The position numbers were made by a program, and so were the translations under genes. Positions 10,770 to 24,435 of a stretch of DNA of 64,000 nt are shown here, piece after piece. Every line of letters begins with the position of its first letter. Position 1 is the stretch's first letter. Source of the DNA: Octopus vulgaris (Eukaryota); contig OX597816.1 of the NCBI GenBank assembly GCA_951406725.2, positions 64,418,001-64,482,000 on the forward strand. The letters are read 5' to 3'. Under the pieces are notes generated by a model. That model ran no database searches, was not told the origin of the DNA, and was given only the letters and a program-made list of their open reading frames with translations.

Positions 10770-12900
10770 GATCTATATATATACTTTATGGGAGTTACCA
10801 CCGATAAACACTCACAAGTAAAGTGATCACCTTCGAGCACGACCTACGACTGTGAAGTGAAAAACGTCGTTATTGTGAAAAATAACCCGAGAAAATAATT
10901 ATGAACCGAAAGTCTGCCTGAAACACATAACCTGTATATCGCAGTATGAAAGGGGATACCATCAAGCTAGTAAATGCTCCTTCCAAGAAAGACCTATTGT
11001 CATTCGGTGAAGAATCTGGAAATGTGAATAAATAACAGAATCGCAATGCAGTATCGTTAAAAGGGCAACAAATTGAATATTGTGGGAATGCCTCTCCCAA
11101 ATTTTATATCACCAGTGAAAAATTTCCTGAGGGTTATTTTAAATCCTCGGAATAGAAAATCACCTGGTATAGACCTGATACTGGTGCAAAAATGTCACGT
11201 TCTACAGGGTAATTTTCAAGACCCAGTTTAAAAACAGAAATCAACGGACGCTGAGATAGATATACCATAACAAAGAGAAATACCAAGAGCAAAGTGACCC
11301 ATGTGGCCAAACACTATTGGCCCATCTCATGCGTAAATGGATGTTATGTACAAACTGTGTACAGTTTGTATGTTTCTCCAAGACCACTGCCAAACAAATG
11401 TGATGATAGATGAACTGCAAGAAGAAAGGTGCCGGGAGCTGTAGTAAACAGCTCCTCCTCAAAAATGCTGTCCTTACAGAAGCTAAGCTATATCACCGTA
11501 ATCTCTTTACAGTATAGCTACACAACAAGATAGTAATACTCATGGATGATACAATCACCGCCCCTTGCCTAAGTACCAGCTGTTATAGTAAATGCCATCG
11601 AAAGACTGACCACATCATGACCTACACAGTAATCATTGACAATTCCAGGGTGATATTTTATCCGTAATGTTGTTTGTACTGGAAGTAAACTCCTTGTCAG
11701 CCCTGTTAACAAAATGCCAGGATACATTCTGGGGAACAAAGAAAAGATTAAAATTAATGTCACGTACTCATTTTTCGTTGATGTCTTAAAGTTATAATCT
11801 GGTAATAGACGAATAGAACTAGTCACAACATCCTCACGAGACAAGCATGATGTTTGAGCTTGATAAATATTCATACATGATAGTTAACCGAAGAAATATT
11901 GTCAACCAGACCGAGAATATGTACGTCAATATCTTGTCTATCTCCCCTATCTTTATTAATGAAAACTACAAGTATCTCATAATCAACGAGAATGTTGCAT
12001 ACGCTGATGCTATGAATAAAGCCAGAATACCAGTACAGTAGACACCGGAAAATATGGCATTTAACAAAACCACATCCCATAATGGTTTGTTAGTAGCAAT
12101 GCTAGTACCAAAATTTGGGATTCTGGACTGAACACTCAACGAGATTTGCAGCCTGGACATGAAAACTAGAAAGCTACTGACCATTACTGGAAACTTCGAC
12201 ACTAACAACAACAATGGTAGGATGTGCTATACCAAGATGTGAGATATCACCCACATGATCGGTAACTACCCCAAAATGTCTACAAGGTAGTACCATCCTC
12301 TAAGTTGTGATATTGTTGCAAAGACTATTTACAATGCTATCCACAAGAATGATTGCTCAGACATGTACATATAAGACGTGTCAGAACCAGAAAATATCCG
12401 CACCTTTAGAAGCCAGGAATAACAGTGGAACACCGCAATGAAAAACATCAATTCGGTACAGACATAAGGCCTGATATTCTTCTGTTTGGGTAGGGAACAA
12501 AAGTCATACACTCTAGTAGAGGTTAGAGGACCAGCGGTTGTGAATGCGCAGTCAAAGTTTCAGGAAAAAGAGAACGTTTATGGAGAATTAATACAGAACT
12601 TACAGCTTTTGTTGTAAGTTCTGTATTACCACACATTCTCATTTGTACCAACAAATTTACATAAAAAACTAGAAATATTAGGTTTTTTCGAGGAAGAGGA
12701 CACCGACGCGGATTCTCCGAATCCAATCTATTAGTGACACAATGAAGATGTGTGAAACATTCCAAAGATATTTTTAAATCTCAGATTGTTTAGATGAATA
12801 GATGCACAGGCTTGGGTGTGTGTATCGACAGCCGAACCAACACACCAACTCAACTACAAATTTTCAGATACCTAGGACCCTCTTAACTCAAAAACTCTTG
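10770..12900 (+). mobile_element. Decayed R4/Dong-like non-LTR retrotransposon (RT, CCHC knuckle, restriction-like endonuclease)
   Basis: Colinear broken motifs: KSPGID (about 11155), KKGAGSCSKQLLL..HRNLFTV (about 11420), FQGDILSVMLF (about 11643), FFVDVLKL (YADD-equivalent, about 11770), MFELDK, YKYL, LDMKTRKLLT, DITHMIGNYPKMS, RPDILL..VEV..P, KENVYGEL. Many stops and frameshifts. Confidence 0.85.
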
Positions 12901-13622
12901 TCACTTTGTTAGCGATCGGCTTGATATCAAAGCAAAACATGTATATATAGCCACACACACATATTATGTCCGAGTGAACATGTATAGTTTCCTTAGAAGT
13001 TATTTAACACTTTAGCATCAGTTTTTACTTTAAATTCATAGTCGCATTGTTACTACGATGATGGATGAGCACGCCACTTCTATTTGTGCAAACTTCATGT
13101 ACATAGACGTAAGGCTTCATGACTTCAGCTGTCACATAGCTAGAAATAATTTTGAAAAATATGTTCCTTATGTCCCAGATGTACTTCATTTAACAGAATT
13201 GGCATGAGATCAAATGAAGAAAAAATAATTTCAGTTTCAAATGATAAATCATTGTCAGATGCGGCACTACCTCAACAGCACACCAACATTAAATTAAATT
13301 TAAATTGAAGGATTTTATACATCGCTACACAGGTGTGCATGATTATATGTGTTAGTGTAGAAGTGGAGTTGTATGTGTGGTAGAGTTAAAAATCAGTATC
13401 CTTGTAGCTGTAGTGTCTTACCTTTAATTAGTATTTACAAAGTAAACCATGTGTAGACGCACTTTAAAATGACTGATAGTGAAACAGTACAGATATTAGA
13501 ATATTACTCGGCACATAACCGATTACATATCTGCGCCATATATTTATATTTTCGCACGCACACACACACACACGCATATATGCATGTGTATATGTCTGTG
13601 TTTCTGCATGTATATGTACATA

Positions 13623-14760
13623 CAGGGATTGAACAAAATAATGGAAACGCCTTAATATTTCAAACAAATTTATTTCAATATGGGGTAAGGCCGCCTTCGG
13701 CAGTAATTACAGCTTGAATTCTACGAGGTATGAACTTGTACAAAGTTTGAATTGTTTCCAAAGGAATTTTTATCCATTCTTCGGCTAAAACAATCTCCAG
13801 TTCTGGTAGTGATGATGGTGAAGGATATCCACTTCTGACTTGGTTTTTCGAAACTGCACCATAAATGTTCAATATTATTGAGATCTAGGGACTGTGGTGG
13901 CCGGATAAGATGTTCAACTTCACTAGAATGTTCCTCGTGCCATTCAGTAAAAACAATCAGCTGTGTGAATGTGTACATTATCATCCTGAAAGATTGTGTT
14001 ACCCTCCGCGAACAATTCCGAAACATAGGATGAATTTGATCAAATAGAACGCTTAAATACTCTTGAATATTAATTCTGCCATGAAGAGAAACCATTGGGT
14101 CGGTGGATTTCCAAGATATAGCCCCCAACATCGTTACAGATCCTTCTCCTTGTTTAATAGTTAGAAGAATGCTGTCTGGGTCAAATGCTTCTTTTGGCTG
14201 TCTCCACACGTATACTCAGTTGCTAGTCGGAAATAAGGTCAAGGATGACTCATCCGAGAAAATAACATTTTCCCACTGCTCTAGGGACCAATTCTGTAGT
14301 CTTTTACTCCACTCTAAACGCTTTGCAACGTTTGCTTTCTGATTGCAGCCCTCCTGTGAAATCCGGCTTTATGCATCTCCCGGCGAACAGTTTTTGTGAA
14401 AATTGGGTTCTCGAGGTGGTCATTAATTTCTGCGATAATTTTTGGAGCTGTAATTTTCTGATCCTTTCTAACAATTTGCATAAGCGTCCGACGGTCCCTA
14501 TCTGAAAGTTTTTCCGGCGTTTTGTTTCGACGAGGAGGTTTTTTTTCCACTTTGTCAAACGCTGTCGTCAATTTCGAGACAGCACTTCTTGATACGCCAA
14601 ACATTTCAGCTGTTAACGTTACGCTAGCGCCTGCCATTCTAGCACCAATAATTTGACCTCTTTGAAAATCCGATAGATCTGTCATTTTAATGAATTTTAA
14701 TTACATTTTTCTGATGATATCTGAAAAGAAGAAACAATTTTAGTAAAACATATTAAGCAT
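13623..14760 (-). mobile_element. Tc1-family DNA transposon, frameshifted; only one TIR seen
   Basis: ORFs 14314-14685 (paired-like HTH, MTDLSDFQRGQIIGAR...), 13721-14209 and 13675-13872. Motifs IFSDES, QDDN and PPQSLDLNNIEHLW indicate DD34E type. TA|CAGGGATTGAACAAAATAATGGAAAC terminus at 13621. Confidence 0.93.
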
Positions 14761-15159
14761 ATTTCTTAAATTTACATTGTGATTAAATTTGCATTTACAT
14801 TTGCATTTACATTTCATTCAAACTATTTAATATTGTTCTCTTCACGTTAATCAACCTTCTTGGTCTAATTAATTAAGTCATTCCATAGTATGAGTTATAC
14901 TTGAATTTGATATTAATAAGTAAAACAATAATTAAATCTATCAAATCTCGATACTTAGATTTTTAAACCAGCTGCCTAATCTTTTAATTTTAACATGTAA
15001 TCGATGTATATCAATGAAGAGACAACGTATTCTCTTGCGAAATCAGAGTATATATGCTTATTTGAAATTTTATTATTGTAAAACCTTACGTTTACATGTT
15101 TATACATATTATTATACACAAATCCACGCGCGTGCCTATATATGTGTGTATGAGTATAC

Positions 15160-15162
<3 letters not shown>

Positions 15163-15211
<49 letters not shown>

Positions 15212-15253
15212 ATATATAGATAGATAAACATTTAAAAAGACAGATAGATAAAC

Positions 15254-15284
<31 letters not shown>

Positions 15285-15289
15285 CATTT

Positions 15290-15362
<73 letters not shown>
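15163..15362. repeat. (GATA)n microsatellite, interrupted
   Basis: Direct reading. Confidence 0.95.
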
Positions 15363-15699
15363 TGGGTAAGACCTCTATTTCTTTTCTTGCTTTCTGTCTA
15401 TCCGTTTACATCTACATAAAGATTTGTGTATGTTTGCGTGTGTGTGTTTTTGCGTGTGTGTGTATTTGCGTGTGTTGGTGTGTGTAATTGAATCTCTCTC
15501 TCCTTTTCTCTCTCTCCTCCTCTCTCTCTCCCCCTCTCTCTCTCTCCCCTTTCTCTCTCTCTCTCTCTCTCTCTGTACATGTTCGATTTTTTGGTGGGAA
15601 GCAGCTTAAAGCTTGTTGACGTGGTCGATCTTGTTTACGTGAGAAAAGACATAAGTATTAATCATACAATAGCAATGCTACGAACTACGAGATCAAAGG

Positions 15700-15820
15700 A
15701 AGCGAATAGGTAGCGTCGCTAAATCGTCAGCGAGAATGTCTTGCTCCGAATTTTTGTGTTCTAAATTCAAATTCCCCCATGTTAACTTCCCCTTCATCCT
15801 TTCTGAATCAATAAACTAGC
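15700..15820 (+). mobile_element. Highly decayed SINE family B
   Basis: gttctaaattcaaattcc...gttaacttccccttcatcctttctgaatcaataaa resembles the family B core. Confidence 0.5.
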
Positions 15821-18800
15821 CAGCATTACCCTGAGGTTTATTCTTACACTGTCTGTCTTCTCTCTCTTTCTCTATCTCTCTGTCTGCCTCTGTGCCTTTC
15901 TCCCTCTCTCTTTCTTTCTCGCTCCCTATCTCTATCTCTTTCTCTGTTCTCTCTTTCCGTCTACAAGATAACTGTTCTAGCCCAACCTTGATGGCGATTA
16001 TCTTAAAAAATTCTATATTCCCTAAACACGCCGTCTGACCCATAACCTCTACAAATCTATCATGAGTTGACTGCCCTGCCCATAGAGAAAAGAAAGTTAG
16101 ATATCAGCAAACATCTTCCAAAGTTGTGTCAAAAACTCTACAGCTAAAACACTATAAATGCTTGAGGATTAGATTGTAGCATGGCTCCTGTATAGGATAC
16201 AGTTTCCCGCTGGGAATTCTTATACTTTCATAATTTTTATCAGTATTTTATCAGATGTTATGTCACCTATTGCATCGGTATGGTGTATAATCTAGTCTGT
16301 GGGATTCAAGGTCAGAATACAAACTGAAATATTAAAATCGCGAAAGAAATCTAATCACCAAGATAACCACTTATACACTGACTTAGACGAAACCGACAAT
16401 GGAGCCTCCCCTCCTATCATTCGATATGATACAAATGCTTCTGACAAATGACTCACAAAAAAGTTATTCTTGATACTTTTTTTAATATAGTTCTGTCAGG
16501 AAGATATAGTGTGAGTCTGTGACACTCGCAGATCATTTGTGAGCAGCGGCACCGAACAATTTAATGAATTTGTCGAACATCTGTTGACAGTTGTAGAGAA
16601 AATATGGCTAATGGCGAATTCCAGCAAAGTGTCATTCGGAGAAGGAAGGATTTGGAGGTAATTTCTAGTGCAATGTCTTGTGAGTAGAAGCAATATGGGG
16701 TTCGATAGTTGGAAAGAAGAGGCATTCATGAGTCTTTGAATAGCACAAGACTAGTTTCAGTGAGAAAAGGCCACTCAGGGCCAAGAAGAAAACGTACAGG
16801 GAGGAGAGAGTGCCTGTTTATGATTTAAAGGCTGTTATCGTTTTTTGAAAATACGTTCTGGTAAGCTTATATAGTAGCATCACCGGTATCATAATAGTAA
16901 CTATACTATAGTGTACATCTAAAATACGCAGGGTTGTCCTGTCTGGAACACCTTTGGACATAGTTATACTGATGTAGATTAGATTGAGTTTGATATTGCG
17001 TTAATTCAGTTATTTTGTATTAGCCTCCTTGCTAAACTTAAAACATATTGTTCTATTACGGCACTGATTTGTTTATTAAATTAGCAGCTTTACAGATTTC
17101 GTTTGCATACAACCATTCATTGGAATATTGGCTGAAGTAATTTTGTTTCATTCACTGGGAATATATGAGCCTTTTAATTTCAATTATTATCCCACAAAGT
17201 CATTATTTAATTACATTGAATTTCAAATATTTCCATTTTGCTTTAACAGTGCAAATATGCTTAACTGGACTATTCCATCAAAATTTTAATTCGCTAGCCT
17301 GAGACATAAATTTATGGCCATAATTGTAAGGAAACTGAAGATTCACCGATGTATAAGGCCCAGTCAGCTGTAAATCACATCAATGCTTCTCAGGCAAAAG
17401 GAAAGATGTGGAATTATATAAAAGAAGAAGCAAGAGAAAAGTAAAATTCTTTCGGAAGAAACAACAAGAGTATAGGAAGTACAATAATACATATAATGAT
17501 TATAAGGAGGGGAATGAAGATTAGTTAGAACGGAAGGAAGAGAAGAATGATATATCATAAATATAATATGAAATGGAATGATATTAGTTACAATAAATTT
17601 TCGAATTTTCTTTTTATAAAAGCAGTATCGCCATTCAATATATCTTGTTTTGCGGTTTTCTTTGTTACTGCGTTCTATTCAACTCTCCTCTATCATTGAA
17701 AAATTACCAAGAACGTAAAAAAAATAGATATGAAGATCAGTCTTGCCTAGGAATGAATGCCATTTATCAAAATAATTTCTCTTTCTGAATATCAATATTC
17801 TATCCAGACTCTGCTATAACAATTGAGCGAATTGTCATGTAAAAATAAAATAAAATAAATCCAGGGAAAATATTGGACATGAATATTTCCAAGGATTTTT
17901 TTTTCTTTTTACATTTTTTCTTTCCTTCACTTTTGCTTTTCATAAAAACAAAGTACATGAACAAAAAAGACGCCTTCTTAGATTAAGTATCAAGGGGAAA
18001 GTTCAAAAACTCGATTCTGTGTATATTTCTTCCTCCTTCAGATTTGGTATCTTCTGATTTCTAAATTCTCCACCATTGTCTCTATCACTTTCTACGTTCA
18101 CTCTTTTTTTCTTTTACTTTCCTTTTACTTTCTCTCATTTTTGCTCTCACTCATACCGCTCTCAATTTTCCTCTCTCTCATTAATAATGCTCAATACAAA
18201 AGTTATGTCACTATATCGGAAAAAATGCCGGGAAAATGTTTTCATTTGCAATGCAAAGATAAGAAAAATTGCACAGTATTATATTTATAAAGAATCTGTC
18301 TTTTTTCCCTGTCTTTATCATAGGCTAGGTCAGTTATGGTCATGCAACATTCTGGCAGCGTTCCAAATAATAAACCGTGTTACAGCCTATACACGCAGAT
18401 AAAAGTTATATATTTCAATGTTTTATTAACAAAACTGTTGACTTCAGAACTGGGAAATGAAATACCAGTAATAAGCTGTTATTAAAGTATTAAATCTATA
18501 CATCGAAATATAACCTAGATACATTTAAGAAAACCTGTATTACATAATACAGTTACTGAACGTGTTTAGCCCTACGTTGCCCTTGAAGGAGCAGATCTTT
18601 GATCAAAGTTCTTCTAGCTCTGACATTTCAACTTATTTTATATATCTATATCTACGTTATGCAGTTTATACCTGATTTTACTACAAACTTTTAGGATTTA
18701 TGAGATATCTCTGTTATTTCAAGAAGGTCGAACGGAAAGGAAGGGCTAACTCTTTGACTCATAACATCAAGTGTATACACATGGGATCCAACGGTGTAAA

Positions 18801-18984
18801 CTTACTTACACAGTACCCCCATTAGAGAATCGGGCAGTAATTCACAGACATACTCATTGGACATAGATACACATATATATGTACATATTACCGTGTTTGA
18901 TACGATAAGAAAAGAATGCATAAAACCGAACACTGCCATACAAATGGGAACAAATTATGCATGTACATACAATATATATGTTTG

Positions 18985-19028
<44 letters not shown>

Positions 19029-19062
19029 GAATAACAAAATAATAAATAAAACATATACATAT

Positions 19063-19222
19063 ATGTACGTACCTACATCTACATGTGTATATACATGCAT
19101 ATCTGGGTACAGGACACCAAAAAAACGTCGAACACAATGAGAAGCGAAAACATAAAAACAAAACCAAGGAAATGGACATTTTTCTTAAACAACGAAAGAA
19201 TAGAGTACAAGACATACAACAT
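19063..19222. mobile_element. TA-associated repeat related to 30779-30937 and 55906-56153
   Basis: Shared terminus gtacagga-c/t-..ca..aaa...atga.a..cgaaaac followed by an A-rich body. Confidence 0.55.
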
Positions 19223-19432
19223 TACGTTATATAATTAGGGTTCAGTAAAATAATTTACTTTACCACACACCGAACTTTTAGAAATAGCAGCCAAAAAATT
19301 TTAGCTATTTCTTCTACTATAAGAAAAATCTCCCAGACAATGTATACTCAAAAATAATTATTTTTGAGTTCGATGCACCAAATGGCAATTGCTAAAAAGA
19401 ATTCGTGAAGTAAAATCATGTAGCAACACCAA

Positions 19433-19490
19433 ATGGCGGTGCCACAGCATGGCCACAGCTTGTGAGCTGAAACTAGATAAATAAAAAAAG
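19433..19490 (+). mobile_element. LINE-type 3' tail module (ggcggtgccacagcatggcca + cagctt-gt-gagctg hairpin + aaactagat)
   Basis: Homologous to the SINE A tail and to 21255-21328. Confidence 0.7.
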
Positions 19491-20095
19491 GAGGCTAATA
19501 CAATATATATATATATTGTACTCCTATGTTAGTGAACGGAGGGGTACTATCGATATATAAGAAAATAGTTTCCCAGCTTTTCACTTCCTCAGCTTCAAAA
19601 AGATTTTCTCACGAAGATCAGGCTTTTAAAATGCCTTTTCACTCAATGAGCCGATTTTATTAACTAATCATACACTTTTTCCCCAGCTTCATCTCTCATT
19701 TGAATGATATATGTAACGGAATATGCAATTAAATATACGCCTGTATTAAAAAAATATTTGGTTAATGAGATGATTGATGCCGCTTTCTTGATACTGTGTT
19801 CCAGGCGACAGGTTGAATGGCGGACTATTTTATGCGTAGATTGGGTTCCACATGAATCCGGTTTCGGTTTATTTGATTTTATATAAAACAGCTGGGGGAA
19901 AGTCTTCGTATATAATTATGTAATGGTGAATAGTATTAATACGTAAGTGTTTTGGATGCCAGTTCTGAACTCTCGTTTTTCACATGTAATAATTCGTACT
20001 GAATGAAACTTGACCTCAATGAAGGAGTCTATTTCATTCGTTTGAAGTTAAATGTATATATGTTTATATCTCCTCGAAATGGGTTCATAACTCAC

Positions 20096-20157
20096 TTGTT
20101 ATACATGTCAGTGAGAGGAAAAGGATACAGAAAACGTTTCTTGAAACATAGTAAGTA
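20096..20157 (-). CDS. Possible 62-nt internal exon of an unidentified host gene (YLLCFKKRFLYPFPLTDMYN or an alternative frame)
   Basis: Minus-strand acceptor aaattttatttag| and strong donor AA|gtgagt. Two frames are open. No homology recognised. Confidence 0.25.
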
Positions 20158-21254
20158 CTAAATAAAATTTTCTTATTTCTTTCATTAGCCACATTCAGAA
20201 AGTCACAGGGGATCGGAGAACATTCATATACCTCGATCTGTTAACGTCCATGACACGGACCTAATTTCATGGTTATGCCTTCCACGTTATCACAAACTGT
20301 AAAAATATTCGAACATCATTTTACGCTGAAATTTAGGTCATTCACATGGATAAACATTAGAAACATATATGCCAGTAGAACCAGTGTTATTGAATAACTC
20401 GTTTCCATAGAACAATTGTGGTTTTGCGTTATTATCATCGAGACCAATCAGTCTTGGAGGCACCAGTGTTGTTATTAAGCTACTGGGAAAAAGCTAGCGA
20501 ATGTATAATGACACAGAAGCAAACAAGACATTATTGAAATACAACAGACGAAGAATTCTGCATAAATAACAGCACGAAGCCTCACGGCTATATACCGCAG
20601 AAGAAAAAAGTTAAATATTTTACAAATACCACAAATACAATATAAAGAGATTTGCCGCTATCAAACGAACTTTGTGAGGTTGCGCAGGGTAAAATGGTGT
20701 AAGGCCTAACGGACGTAGCAGGATCCCAAAACAGCATGACCAATTTGGTCAAAGGAAGAGTGAAAAGAAAACAATACCGCCTTCACCGGATACCGGTCAC
20801 GTGGTAGGGAAGAGGAAGTATAGAGAGAGGGAAAGAATAGGATACAAAGAGAGAGAGAGAGAGATAGGACGAAGGAGCAGAGGGAGGGAAGAAACAGAGT
20901 GAAAGAGAAGAAAAAGACACAAGAGAGGCAAACAAGGATGAAAAGAGTGGGTAAGAGTGGTGAAAAGATAGAGTAAGAGTAGAGGTGGGAAAAAGTTAGA
21001 GCAAAGAGAGTTAAGAGTTGCACAATAAATATTCAATGAATAATATTTTTCAAGATAAAGTAAACAAACTCGGTTTGTGTTGCGCTACATGGCTGTATCA
21101 AGGACTGAATAGAGAGAAAAGAAGGAGAAAAAGTTTGACGAAATCAGAGCAAATGGGAAACTAGACGAAAACTTAACAGACAGGGAATATAGACAAAGAC
21201 AAGATACATGGACTATTCGCTGCTGAGTTCTCCGTGTATTTGAATATATTTATA

Positions 21255-21328
21255 TGGCGGTGCCCCAGCATGGCCACAGCTCGTGAGCTGAAACTAGATG
21301 AAATGAAATGAAATGAAATGAAATGAAT
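21255..21328 (+). mobile_element. LINE-type 3' tail module with (GAAAT)n tail
   Basis: ggcggtgccccagcatggcca-cagctc-gt-gagctg-aaactagat-(gaaat)n. Confidence 0.75.
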
Positions 21329-21419
21329 ATACATTTATTTATATTCAGCAGATGTAAAAGGGTGATTCAATGTCCAAGAGGTTTTGTGCGTTGGCGTTTA
21401 TCAAACACTAAGTGCGTGG

Positions 21420-21600
21420 GTATGTGTGTGTTTGTGTGCGTATGTTTGTGTGTGTGTGTGTGTGTGTGGTGTATGTGTATGCGTGTGTGTGTGTTTGTGT
21501 GCGTATGCTTGAGTGTGTGTGTGTGGTGTATGTGCATGTGTGTGTGTGTGGTGTATGTGCATGTGTGTATGTTTGTGTGTGTGTGTGTGCTTGTGCGTAC
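21420..21600. repeat. Degenerate (TG)n-rich low-complexity tract
   Basis: Direct reading. Confidence 0.9.
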
Positions 21601-23664
21601 ATACATGTTGGCTTAGCTCTTTGTGGAAAAATGGAAAAACAATATTAATATAAACGTAATGTATTGGTTAGCTCTCATACGGTGTTACACTTATATGATA
21701 TTAGCGGAATGAGACTTTCTTGTAATTGGTATTTGTATAAACACCGATCTCGCTAATACAGAGTAAATATATAATTGTTTAAGTGCTGACCACTTCATTT
21801 CGCTTTTATTCATATTGCAAAGTATTTCACATAGTAAGTTTAATAGCCAAGAGCCAGAGAATACATACAATATTGCCCTTACAGAAAATACTTGTAATGT
21901 CTAGCATAATTTTATACAAATACGTTATTTCTATAGCAATAGAAATAATGGTTTTTGATATAGCCAGGCATATGGAAGATAGAAATCATTGATTATTCCG
22001 ACACAAATATATTTCAATGGTATTTAGTTTCCGTCCAAGGCAGGTTGAAAATCGAAGCCCACCCTATCAGTTTTTGAACTAAGAATGTAAATTGAATGAA
22101 ACTAAGTACATTTTACATCATTCTACCATTAAATGATCTGCTAACCTATAACGTTGGTTATCTTTACTGCGTATCTATTGCTTAACTTTATTGCCCTTCC
22201 GTGTTATCCTTCTCGTTGTTAAGTCATTGCATGGTCTCATTAGTATAAACTTTTCCTTTGAGAAGCAAGAGCGGCCACCTTTTTCAATCATTCTCAGTTT
22301 CACTTGGAACACCGTGAGCGATATTCTACAAGACAACGTAACTAACTCCAAAGAAAGGGCGAAGAACGGGTTTCAGTACATGGCTGGTATTTTATTCATC
22401 AACATCACTATTATGAATGATAAAGTTTGCCTTGTTAGTATTTTGAAAAGGAACTTCAGAGGGCCAGGTATCTTATACAATCACTTAAACGATACTGTTA
22501 ATTCTACGCTTTACCAACCGCTATGTTTCAGTTAGACGCTAATACACGACTGTACTTTATTTATCAAGCTCAGTTTCGTGAATGGTAAAGTTGACCTCGA
22601 AAGTATATAAATTAAAAACACAGAGATCCGAGAAATTCTATCCAATAACATTAAGATAACTGCCAATTCAACGCTTTACCAACCACATCCTCCAAACGGT
22701 ACAAATAATAAGTGTTATCACAAGAACGTTCAGACTACATGTTAACATCTGCAGCTCATTAGTAATAGTTAAACCTTTTGTTAGAGACCAAAGTGAAAGA
22801 GCAGTGAATCAGATGTGTTCGCCTTTCTCACTTACTCTGTATCTCTCTATTTTTCTCTCTTTCCTTTTTTCCGTTCTCTATTTCATAAACATACACGCAC
22901 TTACATATATACACATACAAAAACACTCTCGTTTCTTTAAACTTACCCTCGTATTCACGTAGTTATAAAACTTACCCTAATTAAATCTTAATCGCTTCAA
23001 CCGGCTGCCATAATTTTAACTACATGAGAGATATTTCCACAACAATTCATTTGAATTTCAGATATGTTGAACACTGTCGGAAGCGATGAAATAGTTCTCC
23101 GCTATCACAACATCTCGATACATTAAATACGTTAAATAATTTTATTCTGAATATATTCAATTATGTATTCATATCTTCAAATAAGCTTCATTCAATGCGT
23201 TAGAATAAAAGTCTAATAATAATCCAATGTGGACATAATATACAATAGTAAATATTGATTAATAACCAGTGATGACATACAGTAATGTGAAACTAGAGAA
23301 ATGTGACGTTGAAGAAACAAGGGATGATCGCAGACAAAAGAACTGAATTAATTAGTACTTGTAGCCCAGTATGGCATAAATTATGGTACTTCTACCTTAA
23401 AAGATGTTATTCATGTTAGCTATTTGCTAAGAAATCCAAATATGGTGCAATAAAATTTATTACAGGTTTATGTGCACATACAAACACACATAATGCCCAT
23501 ATATACATATAGTCAGATAGAAATGGTGATTCTTGGGGCTAAATAACAGTAACATTTTTACTTTTCCTGGGACTGCCGCATTAAGTTGGCAACAAGCCAT
23601 CACTTTATCGTGCTGTTACTACATAACTCTCTCTGAGAGATTTATATATATATATATATATATA

Positions 23665-23756
23665 ATAAATATTAGGGAATAAATCCAAACTTACAGGGAA
23701 AAATCAGATTTAGGATTGAATCCAATTTTATAGTAAAATATTATATTATATTAAAT

Positions 23757-23760
<4 letters not shown>
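23665..23760 (-). mobile_element. Truncated terminus of the TA-embedded element at 33189-34350
   Basis: tattagggaataaatccaaacttacagggaaaaatcagatttaggattgaatccaattttatagta is nearly identical to 33196-33260. Flanked by (TA)n on both sides. Confidence 0.85.
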
Positions 23761-23798
<38 letters not shown>

Positions 23799-24387
23799 TA
23801 ATATTCGTAGTCACTTCAATATGGTTGTCTATTCGAACGGACTCTATTGCGAGTTTTTAACTCCAAGAGGACATCTCCACTAGCTGGTTAACGATACAGA
23901 GCTGCATCCGTTAAATTACGAGCTGAGGAGCGAACCCGTACCACCTTCTAGTGACGGTACCAGCAGACCGAACTTTTATCCACGTAGTTTCGATGTGTGG
24001 TAAATAAAGATATATATTTGAGAAGCACGCAGAAGATTGTATGCTGGAGAATAGTAAAATTAAATGTTTAGAAGCTGCAATGCAATGAAAGTAATTCAAG
24101 AGATTCGGCAAAGATGAAACATGCCAAAAATTTGGTAACCTAAATCAGAGTGGTTGCCTAGGATGGTTGTAAGCAAATAGATGCAGTGCAAAGTAATTTA
24201 AGACATAATTTTGTTAAGCCAAAGCAGGAAATAAGATAATATTTGTGAATTTGTTGGCTAAAACCACTATTTAATTCAATTGGGTAATCTGGTTTCAGTT
24301 AACATATTATACGGAAGAATATATTTCGTAATATTATAACGGTACGGTCACACATATATATGGTCACTGAAGATTTTGTTGATGCTT

Positions 24388-24435
<48 letters not shown>

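Noticed and set aside
14708-14735. CTGATGA...TGAAA in the Tc1 5' region
   Set aside because: Only 5 nt between the words and no stem II. Chance occurrence.
19704-19886. ORF containing WVPHE, the mariner linker motif
   Set aside because: Five-residue match only. Flanking residues and nearby DNA show no transposase or TIR similarity.
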